DNA from: a virus
Taxonomy: Duplodnaviria; Heunggongvirae; Uroviricota; Caudoviricetes
DNA: 64,000 bases
IMG/VR virus record: IMGVR_UViG_3300004481_001615
Reading direction: 5' to 3' (one strand)
The notes below the pieces were generated by a model. That model had not been told where the DNA came from, searched no databases, and saw nothing but the letters and a program-made list of their open reading frames with translations. Position 1 is the stretch's first letter, and each line of letters opens with the position of its first letter. The position numbers and the translations under genes are program-made. Of this stretch, positions 63,998-64,000 are shown piece after piece.

Positions 63998-64000
63998 TAG

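Noticed and set aside
1-64000. CRISPR arrays, integrase/att sites, rRNA/tRNA genes, terminase/major capsid/portal genes
   Set aside because: I looked for them and found none. There are no direct-repeat/spacer arrays, no tyrosine- or serine-recombinase motifs, and no rRNA-like or tRNA-like GC islands apart from the 25.6-kb island. There is no Walker-A terminase or recognisable capsid fold signature at motif level.

Overview
This is an AT-rich (roughly 40% GC by eye), very gene-dense 64-kb segment built from three co-oriented gene blocks: minus strand 1-28.9 kb, plus strand 28.98-34.6 kb, and minus strand 34.8-64 kb. Gene content and architecture point to a large archaeal dsDNA virus or virus-like mobile element.

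Recognisable genes: a TFB/TFIIB homolog, a family-B DNA polymerase with the YGDTDS motif, an RFC small subunit plus a second RFC-like AAA+ protein, a PCNA-like protein, an XPD-like Fe-S helicase, a Cas4-like nuclease, an Hjc-like resolvase, a family-4 UDG, an archaeal-type SAM synthetase, a LAGLIDADG endonuclease, and dozens of small Zn-ribbon proteins. There are no rRNA genes, tRNA genes or ribosomal proteins, and genes sit in long co-directional blocks.

The most striking sequence feature is about 25 copies of a near-identical palindromic TATA-containing motif, TCATAACATTTATAAATGTTATGA with variants. Each copy lies 23-40 bp upstream of the first ATG of a minus-strand transcription unit.

Biologically notable content:
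- A 7-deazaguanine (preQ0/archaeosine-type) nucleoside pathway (FolE, QueD, QueE) together with a TGT/DpdA-like transglycosylase, suggesting genomic DNA modification. It sits with a FolE / PTPS-like / GT4 operon, and QueD-QueE is co-transcribed with the polymerase and TFB genes.
- A roughly 16-kb glycan island (42.0-57.9 kb) that lacks the genome-wide promoter motif. It encodes a complete sedoheptulose-7-P to NDP-heptose route (transaldolase, a DUSP-like phosphatase, GmhA and a GHMP kinase). It also carries three GT2 enzymes, two radical-SAM enzymes, a CDP-alcohol transferase pair and membrane proteins. A Thr-rich giant surface protein lies immediately downstream.
- A roughly 450-bp GC-rich non-coding island (25.6-26.06 kb) that looks like a structured RNA.

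All functional calls come from motif-level reading of the translated ORFs, not from database searches.
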